NCBI GenBank assembly: GCA_964609395.1
Contig: CAZSRU010000007.1
Span: 47-64,046 of the forward strand
DNA: 64,000 nucleotides
From: an uncultured Victivallales bacterium
GTDB taxonomy: Bacteria > Verrucomicrobiota > Kiritimatiellia > UBA8416
Direction: 5' to 3'
Positions 29,941 to 40,766 of the stretch are shown here, piece after piece. The translations under genes were made by a program, and so were the position numbers. The notes under the pieces are model-generated. The model did not search any database. It was not told the DNA's origin and saw nothing but the letters and a program-made list of their open reading frames with translations. Each line of letters starts with the position of its first letter. Position 1 is the first letter of the stretch.

Positions 29941-32124
29941 TCACTTCGTAAGCATGTTGGTGACGCCGTCCCAGTCGTCGGGCGGTGGGCTCTGCCGGTA
30001 ATCACGGCAGCGGGCCGCAAGCTTGATCGCGGGGCCGTCGCCCTGTTCCACGAGCGGTTCCAGTTGCGCGAGGGCCCGGTCCCATTGCCGCTGGCGGTAG
30101 GCGGCAAGGGCCTCGGTATAGCGCGTGACCGCGTCGGCAAACGGATGTCCGGGCGTATTGGCCCCCAGTAGCTCGATCATGTGTTCGGCCTGGGTCTTGC
30201 CCTTGACGCGCACGGCGTCGACCTCGCGAAAGACGAACTCCGTATCACCGGCGGCATCGGCAGTACTCTGGCTGACGAAGACCATCGCCCCGTACATCTT
30301 GGTAATCCCCTGGATCCGCGCGCCCAGGTTCATGGTGTTGCCCATCGCCGTGTAGTTCATGCGGCTTTCCGATCCCATGTTGCCGATCACGACCTCGCCG
30401 GTACACATCCCCGTGCGGGCGAAAATCGTCGTGCGGCAACCGGCCTCCTGGAAGGCGGGCTGCAGGGTCTTGACCTTCTCCGCCATACGCAGCGTGGCAC
30501 GGCAGGCGCGGGCGGCGTGGTCGGGCAAGGGATTGGGGGCGCCGAAAACGGCGACGATCTCGTCACCGATGAATTTATCCACAAAGCCGCCCTCCGCGAT
30601 GATGATGTCGGTCATGGCATCGAGGTAGATGTTCATGAAGCGCACGACCTGCTCGGGCGAGAGCGATTCGGAGGTCGTGGTGAAGTCGGCCACATCGGTG
30701 AACAGGACGGTGCACTCGCGACGCTCGCCTCCGAGCCGGACCTTTTCGGGATCCGCGATCAGGTTCTCGACGACACTGCTGTCGAGGTAATGCTCGAAGA
30801 TACCGCGCACCATGCGGCTATGCCGCCGCTCGGTCAGGTAATTGGTCAGGTTGGCGACCATGAACGTGCCAACCACGCCCAGGGAGGGCGCGATGATCTC
30901 GACAAACCAATCCGCGCGGGCGAGGGCGGCATAGCCGCCAGCGGCGATGGCGGCCAGCAGTAGCAGGGGCGTGGCGATCACGATCGTGGTGTGCCGCCGC
31001 CCCAGGTTGGCGGCGGCGGCGGTGACGAGGGCGGGTAGCAGGATCAGCAGGAACGTCACCGCGCGCGGCACGCGCGTGACGGACTCGCCGCGCAGCAGGT
31101 TGGCCAGCGCGGTGGCCTGGATCTCGATGCCAGGGATGGAGTTTGTGAGTGGTGTAGCCCAATCGTCGAACGATCCGGTCGCGGTCGAGCCGATGAAGAC
31201 GATCTTGTTGCTGAATGCAACCGGATCGATTTCAGGATCCATGCCGGCGTCCTGCCGGCTCACGCCCCGCAGGATATTGAAGGCACTATGATGATCAAAC
31301 GGGCTTGTCCGACCTTCTGGCGGGCGGTACCAGTGCAGGAACGCCGTGGCCGTATTGTCAATCGCGATCATGTCGTTACCCATGCGCAGGCACCCCGGCT
31401 CAAGGCGCAGGGCATCTCCCGGACGCAGGAAGGCGGCGGCGGCCAATGCCTGGCTTTTGACGACGGTGTCCTCGAAACGTGCCAGCAGGGCATGCCGTCG
31501 GCAGATGTTGTCGCTTTCGGGGACTTGGGTGGCAAAACCGATGGCGGCGGAGGCATCGGTCAAGGCTGGGGCAGGCAGTCCGCCGGTCTCGTAACTCCGC
31601 ATAGCGGGAATCGTGCCGGTGTCGCCATCAAATGCCGCCTCCCGTTTGAGTGCCTCGCGTTTCCCGGGTTCGACGGCTTCGCCTTTCGTATAGAGCAGGC
31701 AGGAATGGACCACGTTCGAGGTGAAGCGTGTGGCTGCTGCCAGTGCCGCGTCGGAGTCGGCCCCGCTGATTTCGGGGCGGTCATTGTCGGGTTCGGTAAA
31801 GAACATGTCGAACACGACGGCGCGGGCACCGGCCTGGTGAAGAAAACCGATCATCTTGGCGTAGAACTCACGAGGCCATGGCCAGCCGTGCTGGATCGTG
31901 CGCGAGACCAGCTCCAGGCTGGTCTGATCGATCAGCACCATTGAAATACCCGCCGGTGTGCCCTGCGAGGCGTCCCAGGGCGGCAGGCGGCGGAACCGCG
32001 CGTCGAGCGTCTTGAACTCAAGCGTCTCCAGCGAGCCGAGCAGCCACAGTGCCATGACCGCACCGGCGCAGGCCACGGTGATCAGCAGCCCTTGCAGGGC
32101 CTTGTTACGAAGCAGCTTTTTCAT
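29941..32124 (-). CDS. CHASE2 sensor-domain adenylate/guanylate cyclase (class III).
   Basis: N-terminal TM + periplasmic CHASE2-like region, TM helices, then the cyclase homology domain (TVLFTDVADFTT, FIGDEIVAVFGAP). Confidence 0.85.
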   Translation of the reverse strand: MKKLLRNKALQGLLITVACAGAVMALWLLGSLETLEFKTLDARFRRLPPWDASQGTPAGISMVLIDQTSLELVSRTIQHGWPWPREFYAKMIGFLHQAGARAVVFDMFFTEPDNDRPEISGADSDAALAAATRFTSNVVHSCLLYTKGEAVEPGKREALKREAAFDGDTGTIPAMRSYETGGLPAPALTDASAAIGFATQVPESDNICRRHALLARFEDTVVKSQALAAAAFLRPGDALRLEPGCLRMGNDMIAIDNTATAFLHWYRPPEGRTSPFDHHSAFNILRGVSRQDAGMDPEIDPVAFSNKIVFIGSTATGSFDDWATPLTNSIPGIEIQATALANLLRGESVTRVPRAVTFLLILLPALVTAAAANLGRRHTTIVIATPLLLLAAIAAGGYAALARADWFVEIIAPSLGVVGTFMVANLTNYLTERRHSRMVRGIFEHYLDSSVVENLIADPEKVRLGGERRECTVLFTDVADFTTTSESLSPEQVVRFMNIYLDAMTDIIIAEGGFVDKFIGDEIVAVFGAPNPLPDHAARACRATLRMAEKVKTLQPAFQEAGCRTTIFARTGMCTGEVVIGNMGSESRMNYTAMGNTMNLGARIQGITKMYGAMVFVSQSTADAAGDTEFVFREVDAVRVKGKTQAEHMIELLGANTPGHPFADAVTRYTEALAAYRQRQWDRALAQLEPLVEQGDGPAIKLAARCRDYRQSPPPDDWDGVTNMLTK

Positions 32125-32187
32125 AGTAATTTCTGGATGCGCATTGACTTTATGACTAATGACTTCGTGACGCCGGGCACCGAATCT

Positions 32188-34230
<2,043 letters not shown>

Positions 34231-34279
34231 TAAATATCCTAGGCATTAACTTTAACGAAATTGGTCGTGATTTCACCGT

Positions 34280-34507
34280 CGCCCTACAATGGTATGGAAA
34301 TCCAATGCAACCGGCAAACGTTTTCTCCTCAATGCATATCCTGCTGGGAGCGGATCTGTCCCGCAATCCCATCCCGCCTTCCACGATGGCGGTTTCGGTT
34401 TCGGCGGGGTTGTCGATGATGCGGTCGATCTGGCGGTCGGAGGCGCTGTTCTGGGGTTCAAGCAGGTCGAGGATGTTCGGGTTCTGCTCCGCCGCTTTCT
34501 TCTTGTT
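34280..34507 (-). pseudogene. GC-rich coding-like remnant (KKKAAEQNPNILDLLEPQNSASDRQIDRIIDNPAETETAIVEGG...) lacking a start codon. It is a probable 3' fragment of a disrupted methyltransferase/R-M-type gene. Its core is ~90% identical to 46440-46516.
   Basis: The open frame begins directly after the exonuclease gene stop. Codon third positions are GC-rich, like the host. Shared core is gtcgaggatgttcggg.t.t.ctccgccgctttcttcttgtt. Confidence 0.35.
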
Positions 34508-35677
34508 TTAAATCATTTCTACCGACATGAAATCACTTACATGACATACCGCGATGCCATAGTCCCTTGCCTTCTCAATCTTGCCCGTGCGTGAATCTTT
34601 CTCACCGCAATTTACAAGTAAGTTTGTTTGCTTCGTAACATTAGCACTTGGCAAATACCCATTTTCAACAGCCCACGGGAACAGTGTTTCATAACGATCT
34701 ACAACAACGTCTTTTACCACCAGTTCATTTGTAAAGCATACGACTTTTAATCCAGGCACGATTTCTTTGATGAGTGTAAAATGCACGGACGTATTGAACC
34801 CGAAAAGGGTTGCAAGCTCCTCTAGGTCGGAAAATTCATCCCACGTGATCTTCCCGTCCTCATAGTAATCGGCGATTAGCCCAAGCATGGCCTTTCGTAG
34901 CTCATTTTGTGCAACTTTCTTGTCAATCTGGATGCTGGCGATCCGATCCATTTCGTTTGCATCAAAAACCCGATCTTCGCAGATTTCTTCTATCAATCGG
35001 TTGAACAAGTCAATGCTCACCTCATCCTTCCTGTCCCCCCATCCGTCGAATGCTTTCAAGCTATGTGTCGTTCTTTGCTTTGCTTTAACAGGGAACATGG
35101 GGTCGTGTTCATTTTGCAAAAAGCCACGATACACATCCATATCATAAATATGGCACGTATGCTTGACTCCCTCTTTCTGCTGAATCATGAAAAGTTCTCG
35201 AACCATGTTAACATCATCCTCAGCCTTATGTTCTTGAGTGATGTCAATGCCCCTTCGCTGCAAAGACTCATACAATCGATTGCCTCCCATGCCAAACCGG
35301 TGTTGCTCTGTCTTGCATGTGCAGATATAGCTCATTGGCTGGGGGTCAATTCCAGCAGCAAGGAATTCTGCGAATAGAAATTTAAGATCAAATTGAACGT
35401 TATGGCCGACAATAATTTTACCGAACATCTGATCGTACACTGTACGAGCAATCTCGGAGAACAACGGTGCACCTGTTATCATGTCGCGATCAATCCCGTT
35501 GATTTCAGTTATCCGTGCAGGTATTGGATGGCCAGGATCTATCAATGTCGTAAAACAACCACCGACTTTGCTGTAAATGCATATTTCCAGAATACCGCAT
35601 CCCCTCTTTGGGGAAAGTCCTGTTGTCTCAAGGTCTAGGAATACCAACTGATTCTCATCATTTTTTAAAAACATCAT
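34508..35677 (-). CDS. DnaQ-like DEDDh 3'-5' exonuclease fused to a C-terminal BRCT-like domain.
   Basis: Exo I FLDLETTGLSP, Exo II HNVQFDLKFL, Exo III H..AEDDV. The C-terminal ~80 aa (GLKVVCFTNELVV...NLLVNCGEKDSRTGKIEKARDYGIAVCHVSDF) has a BRCT-like pattern. The ATGATG start with AGGAG SD lies 20 nt inside the upstream channel gene. Low GC. Confidence 0.75.
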   Translation of the reverse strand: MMFLKNDENQLVFLDLETTGLSPKRGCGILEICIYSKVGGCFTTLIDPGHPIPARITEINGIDRDMITGAPLFSEIARTVYDQMFGKIIVGHNVQFDLKFLFAEFLAAGIDPQPMSYICTCKTEQHRFGMGGNRLYESLQRRGIDITQEHKAEDDVNMVRELFMIQQKEGVKHTCHIYDMDVYRGFLQNEHDPMFPVKAKQRTTHSLKAFDGWGDRKDEVSIDLFNRLIEEICEDRVFDANEMDRIASIQIDKKVAQNELRKAMLGLIADYYEDGKITWDEFSDLEELATLFGFNTSVHFTLIKEIVPGLKVVCFTNELVVKDVVVDRYETLFPWAVENGYLPSANVTKQTNLLVNCGEKDSRTGKIEKARDYGIAVCHVSDFMSVEMI

Positions 35678-36497
35678 GTTGCTGCTCCTGATCTATTTTT
35701 TTGCCGTTTTCAAGCGCTTCCAGACGACGGCTGATGGTTTTCAGTTCGTTTAGGATTTCTTCAGCTTGGTTTTCGCGGGGATTCTGTATGAAAAACAATG
35801 CAACGTAGGCCGTGAAGGCACCAAGCATGCCAACGCCGGCGACCATCAAGATGGCGGCAATGATCCGCCCCGTTAGCGTGACGGGATAAAAATCACCGTA
35901 TCCGACTGTGGTGATGGTCACAAACGACCACCAAATGGCGTCGGATGCCGTCTTTATGTTGCTGTCCGGCGCGGTCTCACAATTCAATATGGCAATAGAG
36001 GACGACACTATCAAGAGAAAGGAAATCATCGAAACGCTGGCGAGGGTACCTTTTGCGCGATTCGCGAAGATGACCTTAGCAATATGCCTTGTAGATCGGA
36101 TTCCACGAAGAATTCTGAGAATGCGGATGATTCTGATCAACCTTCCCCACCGAAGCAGCGAAATGTTAGGAATACTCGACAACAGATCAATCCACCCCCA
36201 CTTCAAATATCCCAGACGGTTTTTGGATCGGATGACGTTGAACACAAAATCACCGATAAAAACCAGGCAGATAAGATTGTCGATATACGTCAGCAGGGAG
36301 GATGTTTCTGCCGGAAGCGTGACAATGGTGTCTACAAATAGTGCGCCCAGTACATAGACGCAAAGAATGAGCATCACGATCTGCCAGATGGCAGCCACGT
36401 TTTCTTTATCAATGCCTTTTGATAAACGATTTATCATGATTGATGGATTTCCTAGCCAGATAACCACGGCCGCACTGTATATATTTTCTTCGGCCAT
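35658..36497 (-). CDS. Voltage-gated K+ channel homolog (6TM, Kv/KvAP-like, no RCK domain). Start chosen at MAEENIYS; the ORF-track N-terminal 73 aa are a duplicated transposase-gene fragment.
   Basis: S4 voltage sensor RWGRLIRIIRILRILRGIRSTR (Arg every third residue). Pore helix + selectivity filter TTVGYGD. S5/S6 helices. Low GC. Confidence 0.75.
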   Translation of the reverse strand: MAEENIYSAAVVIWLGNPSIMINRLSKGIDKENVAAIWQIVMLILCVYVLGALFVDTIVTLPAETSSLLTYIDNLICLVFIGDFVFNVIRSKNRLGYLKWGWIDLLSSIPNISLLRWGRLIRIIRILRILRGIRSTRHIAKVIFANRAKGTLASVSMISFLLIVSSSIAILNCETAPDSNIKTASDAIWWSFVTITTVGYGDFYPVTLTGRIIAAILMVAGVGMLGAFTAYVALFFIQNPRENQAEEILNELKTISRRLEALENGKKIDQEQQHDVFKK

Positions 36498-36509
36498 GTC
36501 CAGATCGGC

Positions 36510-36995
36510 GATACGGGCGGCCCAGGCGTTCATGGCAAGGCATTGCTCGCGGGTGTGCTTGGCGGGGGGGGGGCTTCTTCCGGCGGGCGGCAGGCGAGGA
36601 TGAGGAGTCGGCCTTGCAGGCAGAGGTCGAAGTACTGGCCGCGCGGCTTGAAGCAGGCGTCGAACCCGTCGGGCTTGATGAGTTAATCGGGGTAAGCTTT
36701 CAGTATGGCATGCCACAGGTCATAGACCAGCCAGCCGTCTTCGTTGAGCCGTGCGCGATTGTCGGCGCAATGGGCGAAGAGCGGGCGGCGCTCGTGGGTC
36801 GTCATCGTGATCATGTAGAAGGCGGGGGCTCGGTAGTCCTGGCAGGGGCTGCGGCGGTTCATTCACCCCTCCTTTGGCGGGGCGTGAACGCCCCTTGTGG
36901 GACTGGATACGCGCACACGCAGCAGACATGCGCCATCCGGCACGTGAGCCGTAATACAATCCCGATCCCGTGTTCACACGGGAGCCGCTGCCCGC
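36510..36995 (-). pseudogene. Internally deleted tandem copy of the RAYT-like gene. It retains the 3'-end fragment (36510-36680, ~170 bp, matching 37055-37225) fused to the promoter/5'-end fragment (36690-36990, ~300 bp, matching 37765-38085), and it includes REP-like hairpins.
   Basis: Direct comparison of the two copies. The truncated frame MNRRSPCQDYRAPAFYMITMTTHERRPLFAHCADNRARLNEDGWLVYDLWHAILKAYPD* stops after ~58 codons. Confidence 0.6.
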
Positions 36996-37001
36996 ACACG
37001 C

Positions 37002-37928
37002 TCATTCATTTTCCCCCATCCCGTGCAGTTCCGCGTCGGCGGCGGCGATGGCAGCGGCCCAGTGGTTCATGGCCAGGCATTGCTCGCGAGTGAGCTTGGC
37101 GGGGGCTTCTTCCGGCGGGCGGCAGGCGAGAATGAGCAGCCGGCCTTGCAGGCAGAGGTCGAAGTACTGGCCGCGCGGCTTGAAGCAGGTGTCGAAGCCG
37201 TCGGGCTTGATGAGGATGACTTCGCCACCGGCATCCAGTGCCGCGCGGGCAATGGCCTTTTCCCCCGGCGAGATGAAGGGCGAGACGATGACCGCGCCCT
37301 CGCCAACCCGCTTGAGCGTGGCCTGTCGCTCGGCGTCCAGTTCCGGTTGAGTAACCCGCCGCGAGACCCGCAGGGAATGCATCTCGGGTTTATCGAGAAG
37401 GAACAAGTTGCCGTAGCCCGTCCAAGGTTCGTCCGGCGGTAACCGGGCATGGCGAAGATTGTTGACACGGCGGAAAAGGTCGGGGTGCGCCTTCTTGAGG
37501 CAGTAGCGGCGGGGATTGTCGCAAAGGTAATGGGTATAGGCTTTCAGCGCGCCCCGGCGCCAGACGCACAGGTCGTGGTATCCGGGGCTCCACACGGTCA
37601 GTCTGGGATTTCCGTATTTCTTGCGCAGAGCGCTGGTGACCTGCGACTTGAACGCCCGCAAGGGCACACCCACGCTCTGTTGCATGCTGGCGGTCACCCG
37701 CACGATGCCGTGGAGGTGATCGGGCATGATCACCAGCGTGGAGAGCGCCACTTCGGGGTAGGTTTTCGGCATGGCATGCCATAGGTCATAGACCAGCCAG
37801 CCGTCTTCGTTCAGCCGTGCGCGGTTGTCGGCGCAATGGGCGAAGAGCGGGCGGCGCTCGTAGGTCGTCATCGTGATCATGTAGAAGGCGGGAGCTCGGT
37901 AGTCCTGGCAGGGGCTGCGGTGGTTCAT
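37002..37928 (-). CDS. HuH Y1 transposase of the IS200/RAYT (REP-associated tyrosine transposase) family with a ~160-aa C-terminal extension of unknown function. Start chosen at MNHRSPCQ with SD GGAGGT.
   Basis: IMPDHLHGIV (HuH motif) and AYTHYLCDNPRRY (catalytic Tyr / Y..NP motif) align with RayT LPEHMHCIW and DYRHHVDYIYINPVKH. REP-like hairpins GGGGCGTGAACGCCCC and CCCGTGTTCACACGGG lie upstream. Confidence 0.7.
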   Translation of the reverse strand: MNHRSPCQDYRAPAFYMITMTTYERRPLFAHCADNRARLNEDGWLVYDLWHAMPKTYPEVALSTLVIMPDHLHGIVRVTASMQQSVGVPLRAFKSQVTSALRKKYGNPRLTVWSPGYHDLCVWRRGALKAYTHYLCDNPRRYCLKKAHPDLFRRVNNLRHARLPPDEPWTGYGNLFLLDKPEMHSLRVSRRVTQPELDAERQATLKRVGEGAVIVSPFISPGEKAIARAALDAGGEVILIKPDGFDTCFKPRGQYFDLCLQGRLLILACRPPEEAPAKLTREQCLAMNHWAAAIAAADAELHGMGENE

Positions 37929-38085
37929 GAGTACCTCCGCTGGCGGGGCGTGAACGCCCCCCGTGGTACTGGATACCGGGTTCGCGCCGGCTCCGCCTTG
38001 GGCGCGAACGCCCCGTGCACGCCGCAGCATCCAGTTCCGGTCGCGTGTTCACACGGGAAGCCTTGCCAACTGCCGCTCATGCTTC
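37765..38085. repeat. Repeat B copy 2: upstream region and 5' end of the RAYT-like gene with REP-like hairpins (ggggcgtgaacgcccc; ggttcgcgcc...ggcgcgaacc; cccgtgttcacacggg). It lies directly after the atpG stop.
   Basis: ~90% identical to 36690-36990. The hairpins were read directly. Confidence 0.6.
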
Positions 38086-38114
38086 TGCTCCCATCTAGCA
38101 CAAACCGTCCTTTC

Positions 38115-38963
38115 CTAGCGGTACATGCCCGCGACGATTTCGAGCATTTCGGTGGTGATGTTCTCCTGGCGCAGGCGGCTGTAGCGCTTGCGCAGGCCCG
38201 TGAGCATCTCGCCGGCATTCTCGGCGGCGCGGCTCATGGAGAGCTGGCGCTGGGCGTGTTCCGAGGCGGCGCTGTTATGGAAGGCGTCGTGGATCGCGCG
38301 GCGGACGTATTCCGGCAGCAGGCTGTCGATCAGCGCCTGCGCGGAAGGCTCGATCGGCGGGGAGGCGGGGGCGGCGGGCGCCGTCGCACCGGAAGCGGGG
38401 ACGAGGGTGGTGATCGGCAGCAGTTGCTGCACGGTGATCTCCTGGCGGCTGCGGGTGATGAAATCCCAGTACAGCAGATGCACTTCGCGAAACCGGCCGC
38501 TGCCGAAGTCGTCCATCATGCGATCAGCCAGCCCCTCGATCTGCTCGACCCGCTCCAGCGGGGCGAGCTGCCGGCGCACAGCCCGGTTGTACGGCACCTT
38601 GCCGCTCATCAGGAGATGCACGGTGTCATCGCCGTGCTGCTCGACGAACGTCGTGACCGCCTTCATCAGGACCGTGTTGAACGTGCCGCACAAGCCGCGG
38701 TCGGCCCCGAACACAAGCAGCGCGATGGCGTTCCCGCCCGCCCGCGGCTGCATCAGCGGGTGGGACTCCGCACCGGACGGCAGACCGCGGTCGGCCAGGT
38801 TCAGCAGGGCCAGCAGGCGCCCGGTGTACTCGTCGGCATTGGCGATGCGCCGCTGCTCCTGGACGAGCTTGGCGCTGGCCACCTTCTGCAGGGTGCTGGT
38901 GACCTTGCGGATCTGCGCCGTCGTGCCGATGCGCCGCTTGATGTCTGATAACGCTGTTGCCAT
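38115..38963 (-). CDS. atpG: F1 ATP synthase gamma subunit.
   Basis: MATALSDIKRRIGTTAQIRKVTSTLQKVASAKL... and C-terminal ITTEMLEIVAGMYR are canonical. Confidence 0.9.
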   Translation of the reverse strand: MATALSDIKRRIGTTAQIRKVTSTLQKVASAKLVQEQRRIANADEYTGRLLALLNLADRGLPSGAESHPLMQPRAGGNAIALLVFGADRGLCGTFNTVLMKAVTTFVEQHGDDTVHLLMSGKVPYNRAVRRQLAPLERVEQIEGLADRMMDDFGSGRFREVHLLYWDFITRSRQEITVQQLLPITTLVPASGATAPAAPASPPIEPSAQALIDSLLPEYVRRAIHDAFHNSAASEHAQRQLSMSRAAENAGEMLTGLRKRYSRLRQENITTEMLEIVAGMYR

Positions 38964-38987
38964 GATGCGGGTTCACCTGGTTGACGG

Positions 38988-40622
38988 TTACTCCTCGGAA
39001 CGAGCTGGAGAGTTGCCGGATTGGACGGCGGTGTTCATCAGGCGGGTCTCGTGGTGCTCCATCGGGGGGACGACACGCTTGCGGTCGAACATCACGGCCG
39101 CCTCGGTGGGGACAAAGACCGTCTTGAACGCGGTCAGGGATGTCGTCAGCTCGCCTTCGGTCTCCTTTGAAAGCTCGCCGGTCCCGGCAATCGCGCGGCC
39201 AATGGTGGGATAGGCCCCGTCGAGCAGGCGGAACCACTCGTGCTCGAAGCGGGCGATGTCGGCCAAAGCGATATCGTCGAGCCAGCCGTTGATCGCGGCC
39301 CACATGATGCAGACCTGCTTCTCGACCGGCAACGGTGCCCCCGCGGGCTGCTTGAGGATCTCGGCGAGACGTTCGCCGCGATGGAGCTGCTTGAGCGTGG
39401 CCTTGTCCAGGTCGGTGGTCAACTGGGCGAAGGAGGCCACCTCGCGGTATTGCGCCAGGTCCATGCGCAGCTTGATCGCCACTTGCTTCATCGCCTTGAT
39501 CTGGGCATTGCTTCCGACGCGCGAGACGCTGAGGCCGACGTTGATCGCGGGGCGGAAGCCCTGGTGGAAAAGGTCCGGCTCGAGGTAGATCTGGCCATCG
39601 GTGATCGAGACCAGGTTCGTGGGGATGTAGGCCGAATAGTCGCCTTCCTTGGTCTCCACGATCGGCAGGGCGGTCAGCGAGCCGCCGCCCTGGTGCGAGG
39701 CCAGGCGTCCAGCCCGCTCGAGCAGCCGGCTGTGCAGATAGAAGATGTCGCCGGGGAAGGCCTCGCGGCCGGGGGGGCGGCGCAGCAACAGCGAGATCTC
39801 GCGGTAGGCCACGGCATGCTTGTAGAGATCGTCGTAGACGATCAGGGCATCCTCGCCGCGGTCGCGGAAGAATTCCGCCATGCAGCAGCCGGCAAAGGGG
39901 GCGATGTACTGCAGCGGGGCCGAGTCGCCGGCACTCGCGGCCACCACGATGGTGTGGCGCAGGGCGTCGGCCTGGCGCAGGATCTCGACCACGTTGACGA
40001 TCGTCGACATCTTCTGGCCGATGGCGACGTAGACGCATTTGACGCCGGTGGCGGCCTGATTGATGATCGCGTCGACGGCGAGGGTCGTCTTGCCGGTCTG
40101 GCGATCACCGACGATCAGCTCGCGCTGGCCACGGCCGATGGCGGTCATGGCATCGATCGCCTTGAGGCCGGTCTGCAAGGGGACGTGGATCGATTCGCGC
40201 TCGGCAATGCCCGGCGCGTCGGTTTCCACCAGGCGGGTCTCGGCCTTCGGCAGCGGTCCCTGGCCGTCGATCGGTTTACCCAGCGGGGTGACGACACGCC
40301 CCAGCAGGGCGTCGCCGACCGGCGCTTCCAGCACGCGGCGCGTGCGCTTGACAACATCGCCTTCCTGGATATGCATGCCGTTACCCAGCACGATCACACC
40401 GACATGCCGGCGTTCCAGATTCATGACCACACCGTAGACATCGTTCGGGAAGAGCACCATCTCCTCGGCCATGACGCCGGGCAGGCCATCCACATGCGCG
40501 ATGCCATCGCCGATGGCGGTCACGTGGCCGATCTCGTCGGTCGTGACATCCGGCGCGTACGCGGCGGCATTGGCTTCAAGGATCGCCTTGATACCGGCTA
40601 TATCGAGTTTGATTTCAGGCAT
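38988..40622 (-). CDS. atpA: F1 ATP synthase alpha subunit. Start chosen at MPEIKLDIAG; the ORF-track 188-aa N-terminal extension is a spurious GC-rich frame.
   Basis: Walker A GDRQTGKT and alpha-subunit blocks. ~544 aa with a short C-terminal extension. Confidence 0.9.
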   Translation of the reverse strand: MPEIKLDIAGIKAILEANAAAYAPDVTTDEIGHVTAIGDGIAHVDGLPGVMAEEMVLFPNDVYGVVMNLERRHVGVIVLGNGMHIQEGDVVKRTRRVLEAPVGDALLGRVVTPLGKPIDGQGPLPKAETRLVETDAPGIAERESIHVPLQTGLKAIDAMTAIGRGQRELIVGDRQTGKTTLAVDAIINQAATGVKCVYVAIGQKMSTIVNVVEILRQADALRHTIVVAASAGDSAPLQYIAPFAGCCMAEFFRDRGEDALIVYDDLYKHAVAYREISLLLRRPPGREAFPGDIFYLHSRLLERAGRLASHQGGGSLTALPIVETKEGDYSAYIPTNLVSITDGQIYLEPDLFHQGFRPAINVGLSVSRVGSNAQIKAMKQVAIKLRMDLAQYREVASFAQLTTDLDKATLKQLHRGERLAEILKQPAGAPLPVEKQVCIMWAAINGWLDDIALADIARFEHEWFRLLDGAYPTIGRAIAGTGELSKETEGELTTSLTAFKTVFVPTEAAVMFDRKRVVPPMEHHETRLMNTAVQSGNSPARSEE

Positions 40623-40766
40623 GGGCAGCAGACTAAGCCTTCGCCGCGCAATTTTCAACCTGTAAACGCAGTTGTCAATGGAAGTTGCTGCCCGCTTGAC
40701 GTCCGTCCGTGCTTCGGGGTAGCTTGGTGGCGGTTCATTTTGGGGAATACAGCGAGCGAGGTCAGC

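Noticed and set aside
36614-37093. Plus-strand ORFs inside the transposase repeat region (36614-37093, 37836-38948, 37023-37442, among others).
   Set aside because: They are antisense to the RAYT-like gene and atpG, and Arg/Gly/Ala-rich with no motifs.
39240-40766. The first 509 codons of the 852-aa plus-strand ORF upstream of pdxA.
   Set aside because: It is antisense to atpA with an Asp/Gly/Arg-rich translation. Only the C-terminal 343 codons, from a GTG with an SD, match PdxA.
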